A stretch of DNA of 42,277 bases from IMG/VR virus record IMGVR_UViG_3300045988_169545, one strand, 5' to 3'. This stretch comes from a virus. A model generated the notes under the pieces. That model ran no database searches. It was not told the origin of the DNA and saw only the letters and a list, made by a program, of their open reading frames with translations. The translations under genes were made by a program, and so were the position numbers. Positions 39,771 to 42,277 of this stretch are shown here, one piece after another. Position 1 is the stretch's first letter. Each line of letters starts with the position of its first letter.

Positions 39771-40535
39771 ATGAATAAGGACAACACTAACGCTCTCCTC
39801 GACAAGGTGGAGAACACCGCCCGCCGCATTGCGTTGGCTCTAGGCGGTATGTTTATTGCGTCGATCGCCTCGGCGATATTGGTTAACGAATGGATCATCG
39901 AGCAGTGGAGGACCAGCACGATGTCTTTCATCGGCGGAATGCTTGCAGCGGCGCTTTTAGGCGCCTGCATGGCATGCTGTGCCCTCACTCCCGTTTTGAG
40001 GTCGAAGATAAACAGGCTCTCCCACGAGCTTGAAAAGCGCCCGACACAGGAACATCTCAACGAAGCTCTCGCCGAAAAAGACTCCCGAATGGAAGCTGCT
40101 CTCGCCGAAAAAGATGCGCGTATCGCAGAGCTTGAGACTAACGAGGACCTCGACGCATCGATGCGCGAGTACCTGTCCATGGGATGGCTCGCCCAAGTTT
40201 CCTGCTTCAACGCCCACAGCACCGGTGGATTCGTGGTGTCTGGCGACGAGATCGAAGGTTTCGGCAAAGACGAGATATCGAACATGCCGCGTGCGGAGGC
40301 GCGAGACGCCGGGTTCCTGAACATCGAAGAGTGCGGTATCGACAGGATGCGAGCGGAGCCGACCAGGAAGCTCGAGGAGCTGTACGCGGGAAGGCCGGAG
40401 ATTCTCAAGAAGATGTACGAATCAGCTCTTCACGAGGCCACGAAAGAAGCCGCAAATACACCAGACATTGATTGGCGCGATGTTGAGCTGATCGAGAACG
40501 GCGCGATGATTATTCCGAAAGACGCACCAAAATAG
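39771..40535 (+). CDS. Membrane protein with two transmembrane helices and a long cytoplasmic coiled coil, 254 aa. Candidate superinfection-exclusion or lysogenic-conversion function.
   Basis: Transmembrane helices IALALGGMFIASIASAILV and FIGGMLAAALLGACMACCAL. Heptad-rich EKDSRMEAALAEKDARIAELE. Position between the repressor and the integrase. Confidence 0.55.
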   Translation: MNKDNTNALLDKVENTARRIALALGGMFIASIASAILVNEWIIEQWRTSTMSFIGGMLAAALLGACMACCALTPVLRSKINRLSHELEKRPTQEHLNEALAEKDSRMEAALAEKDARIAELETNEDLDASMREYLSMGWLAQVSCFNAHSTGGFVVSGDEIEGFGKDEISNMPRAEARDAGFLNIEECGIDRMRAEPTRKLEELYAGRPEILKKMYESALHEATKEAANTPDIDWRDVELIENGAMIIPKDAPK

Positions 40536-40617
40536 CAATTAAGCCCCGCGCATCACAGGGTTGCCGCCCTAGCGCGAGGCTCGAGAGAATTAACCGATCC
40601 ATGGAAGGAGCGGTCGC

Positions 40618-42162
40618 ATGTATGATAGCATGCCCGCCGAGTGGTTGTGTTGCGCCTACTTGCGAAAATCACGCGAGGACGAGGAGCGTGAGAAGCAGGG
40701 TAGGTACAAGACGCTCGAACGTCATAAGGCTATCCTTGAAAGCCTATCGTCTGACAACGGCCATAAGATCGCGCAATGGTATCCCGAGATCGTAAGCGGT
40801 GAGACCATCGAGGGCCGCCCCGAAGTAAAGAAGCTGCTCGCTGACCTTGCGTCTGGAAAATGGGATGCCGTGTACGTGGTGGAGGCATCACGCCTTGGAC
40901 GTGGAGGCGGAAGCGATCAAGAGAAGATCGTGAACGCTTTTCGGTACACGAACACATGGCTCGTGACCGAGGAGAAGGTTTACGACCCGTCATCCAAAGC
41001 CGATATGCGCCAGCTCAAAAACGACCTGCGCAGCTCGGAAGACGAATTGGACAGCATAACCACCCGCCTCACCCGCGGCAAGTATCGCTCGGCACAGGAA
41101 GGCAGATGGCAGGCCACCGGGCGCACGCCTTACGGGTGGCGCGCCGTGCGCATCGCGGGCCTCTGGCAGCTAAGGCCCGACGAGAACCACTGTCACATGC
41201 TGCGCATATACGACCTCTTGGAGAGCGGTCTTACCCCATGGGACGTGGCGAACATCTACAACGCAGAAGGCATCCCGACGCCAAGAGGAGGCGATCACTG
41301 GACCGCGGCCATCGTGCGAGCCATCGCGCTCAACCCCGCCAACTGCGGGTACGTTGTGTTCGGCAAACACAAGACCATGCGCATTTTTGACCCGGTGACT
41401 TTCGAGGCGAAGAAGGTACGTGTAAAGAACGACAAACCAGTCATGGTGAAGGGCTTGCACTACGGCACGGGAGGCATCAGCGAGGAGCGCTTCGAGCGCA
41501 TCACCGGGCACCTTGTCGGTTCAGCCCACCTGCGCAAGGGCTTGGAACTCAAAAACCCCCTGGCCCGTCTGCTGAAATGCGGCAAGTGCGGCTATGCGAT
41601 GAACCACCACCGCATGAGCTCGGGCAAAAGCTACGGGTACTTTTACCAACACCCGGCAAAAAGGAACATGACGCGCGCGTGCGACGGATGCCGCGGTGCG
41701 AGGGATGACCTGGTTATGGACACGTTGGTGGCATCCCTCCGCAGCCTGTGCAACGACATAGAGCTGCGCATCAAGGCCGACAATAGGGCGAGCGAGCACG
41801 AGGCCCATATCGAGGCCCTGCGAAAGGAGCTGGAGAAGGTGCGCGCCGCCAGAAGCCGCGCCATGGAAGCCTACGAGGCAGGCGCCTACACCATCGCCGA
41901 GCTCAAGGCCCGTAAAGACGAGGCGGAGAAGCGCATGGAGAGTATCGAGCGTGCGATCAAGGACGCCAAACCGCCGAAGTACACGCCGGAGCTGGTGGTG
42001 TCGATAAACAAGTGCATCGACATGTTGCTTGACGATACCGTATCCGTGCAGGTCAAGAACGATTTCCTGAAGTCGGTCATAGGGAGGATCGATTATTACA
42101 ACGATACTCCCCCGTTCGTGCACGACAACAAGGTACACCTAGAGATTTTTCTTCGCCAATAA
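40618..42162 (+). CDS. Large serine recombinase (phage integrase), 514 aa.
   Basis: N-terminal resolvase catalytic domain with the nucleophile in AYLRKSRED. Recombinase domain. Zinc ribbon CGKCGYAMNHH...CDGC. C-terminal coiled coil. Adjacent to the terminal repeat and putative attP. Confidence 0.9.
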   Translation: MYDSMPAEWLCCAYLRKSREDEEREKQGRYKTLERHKAILESLSSDNGHKIAQWYPEIVSGETIEGRPEVKKLLADLASGKWDAVYVVEASRLGRGGGSDQEKIVNAFRYTNTWLVTEEKVYDPSSKADMRQLKNDLRSSEDELDSITTRLTRGKYRSAQEGRWQATGRTPYGWRAVRIAGLWQLRPDENHCHMLRIYDLLESGLTPWDVANIYNAEGIPTPRGGDHWTAAIVRAIALNPANCGYVVFGKHKTMRIFDPVTFEAKKVRVKNDKPVMVKGLHYGTGGISEERFERITGHLVGSAHLRKGLELKNPLARLLKCGKCGYAMNHHRMSSGKSYGYFYQHPAKRNMTRACDGCRGARDDLVMDTLVASLRSLCNDIELRIKADNRASEHEAHIEALRKELEKVRAARSRAMEAYEAGAYTIAELKARKDEAEKRMESIERAIKDAKPPKYTPELVVSINKCIDMLLDDTVSVQVKNDFLKSVIGRIDYYNDTPPFVHDNKVHLEIFLRQ

Positions 42163-42178
42163 CACCTATGAGAAGGGT

Positions 42179-42277
42179 AAGCATCCATGCAATCGTTGAT
42201 GACAGGTGTTAGCCGAGAACGTGGGCCACCGGAAAGTCAGCACAACAGAAAAGGGGCCTCCGTATATCTGGGCCGAT
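42179..42277. repeat. Terminal direct repeat copy 2, identical to 1..99.
   Basis: Exact match. It begins 16 bp after the serine integrase stop codon (42160..42162). Confidence 0.95.

Overview
This is a high-GC (about 65%), siphovirus-like temperate phage genome of roughly 42.2 kb. The last 99 bp (42179..42277) exactly repeat the first 99 bp (1..99), so the window is most likely a complete circular or terminally redundant phage genome with a unit length of 42,178 bp. The alternative is a prophage bounded by att repeats of at least 99 bp. Layout: a lysogeny switch at 39261..39401, with a CI-like repressor, a membrane protein and a large serine integrase reading rightward to the terminal repeat. 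One long leftward operon (39260 down to 3047) carries Cro-like, early, recombination/replication (RusA, Rad52-like annealing protein, SSB, Lin1244-like replication protein), two orphan DNA methyltransferases embedded in a cluster of small Cys-rich proteins, an ArpU/sigma-like late regulator, HNH, a ParB-DUF4417 protein, a RadC/JAB protein, small and large terminase subunits, portal, minor head protein, scaffold, capsid, connector proteins, major tail protein, a G/GT tail chaperone with an A_AAA_AAC -1 frameshift, tape measure, distal tail proteins, three paralogous tail fibres and an XhlA/holin/amidase lysis cassette. A short rightward arm (142..2950) carries a ParB-like protein, a ribbon-helix-helix protein and a protein with five zinc-ribbon repeats plus an AP2 domain. 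The main discovery is at 4832..7103. A short tyrosine recombinase is followed by a head-to-tail array of three silent C-terminal cassettes. Each cassette is in the same reading frame, and each is preceded by a stop codon embedded in a conserved site (GCGTAGCATTCGGTAGCC). On the opposite strand, the last tail gene carries the same core in inverted orientation (GCGTGGGATTCGGTAGCC) exactly at its constant/variable junction. This is the architecture of a multi-cassette DNA-inversion (shufflon-like) switch for the host-range determinant. The serine recombinase at the other end of the genome is presumably the integrase. No tRNA, rRNA, CRISPR or reverse transcriptase was seen.
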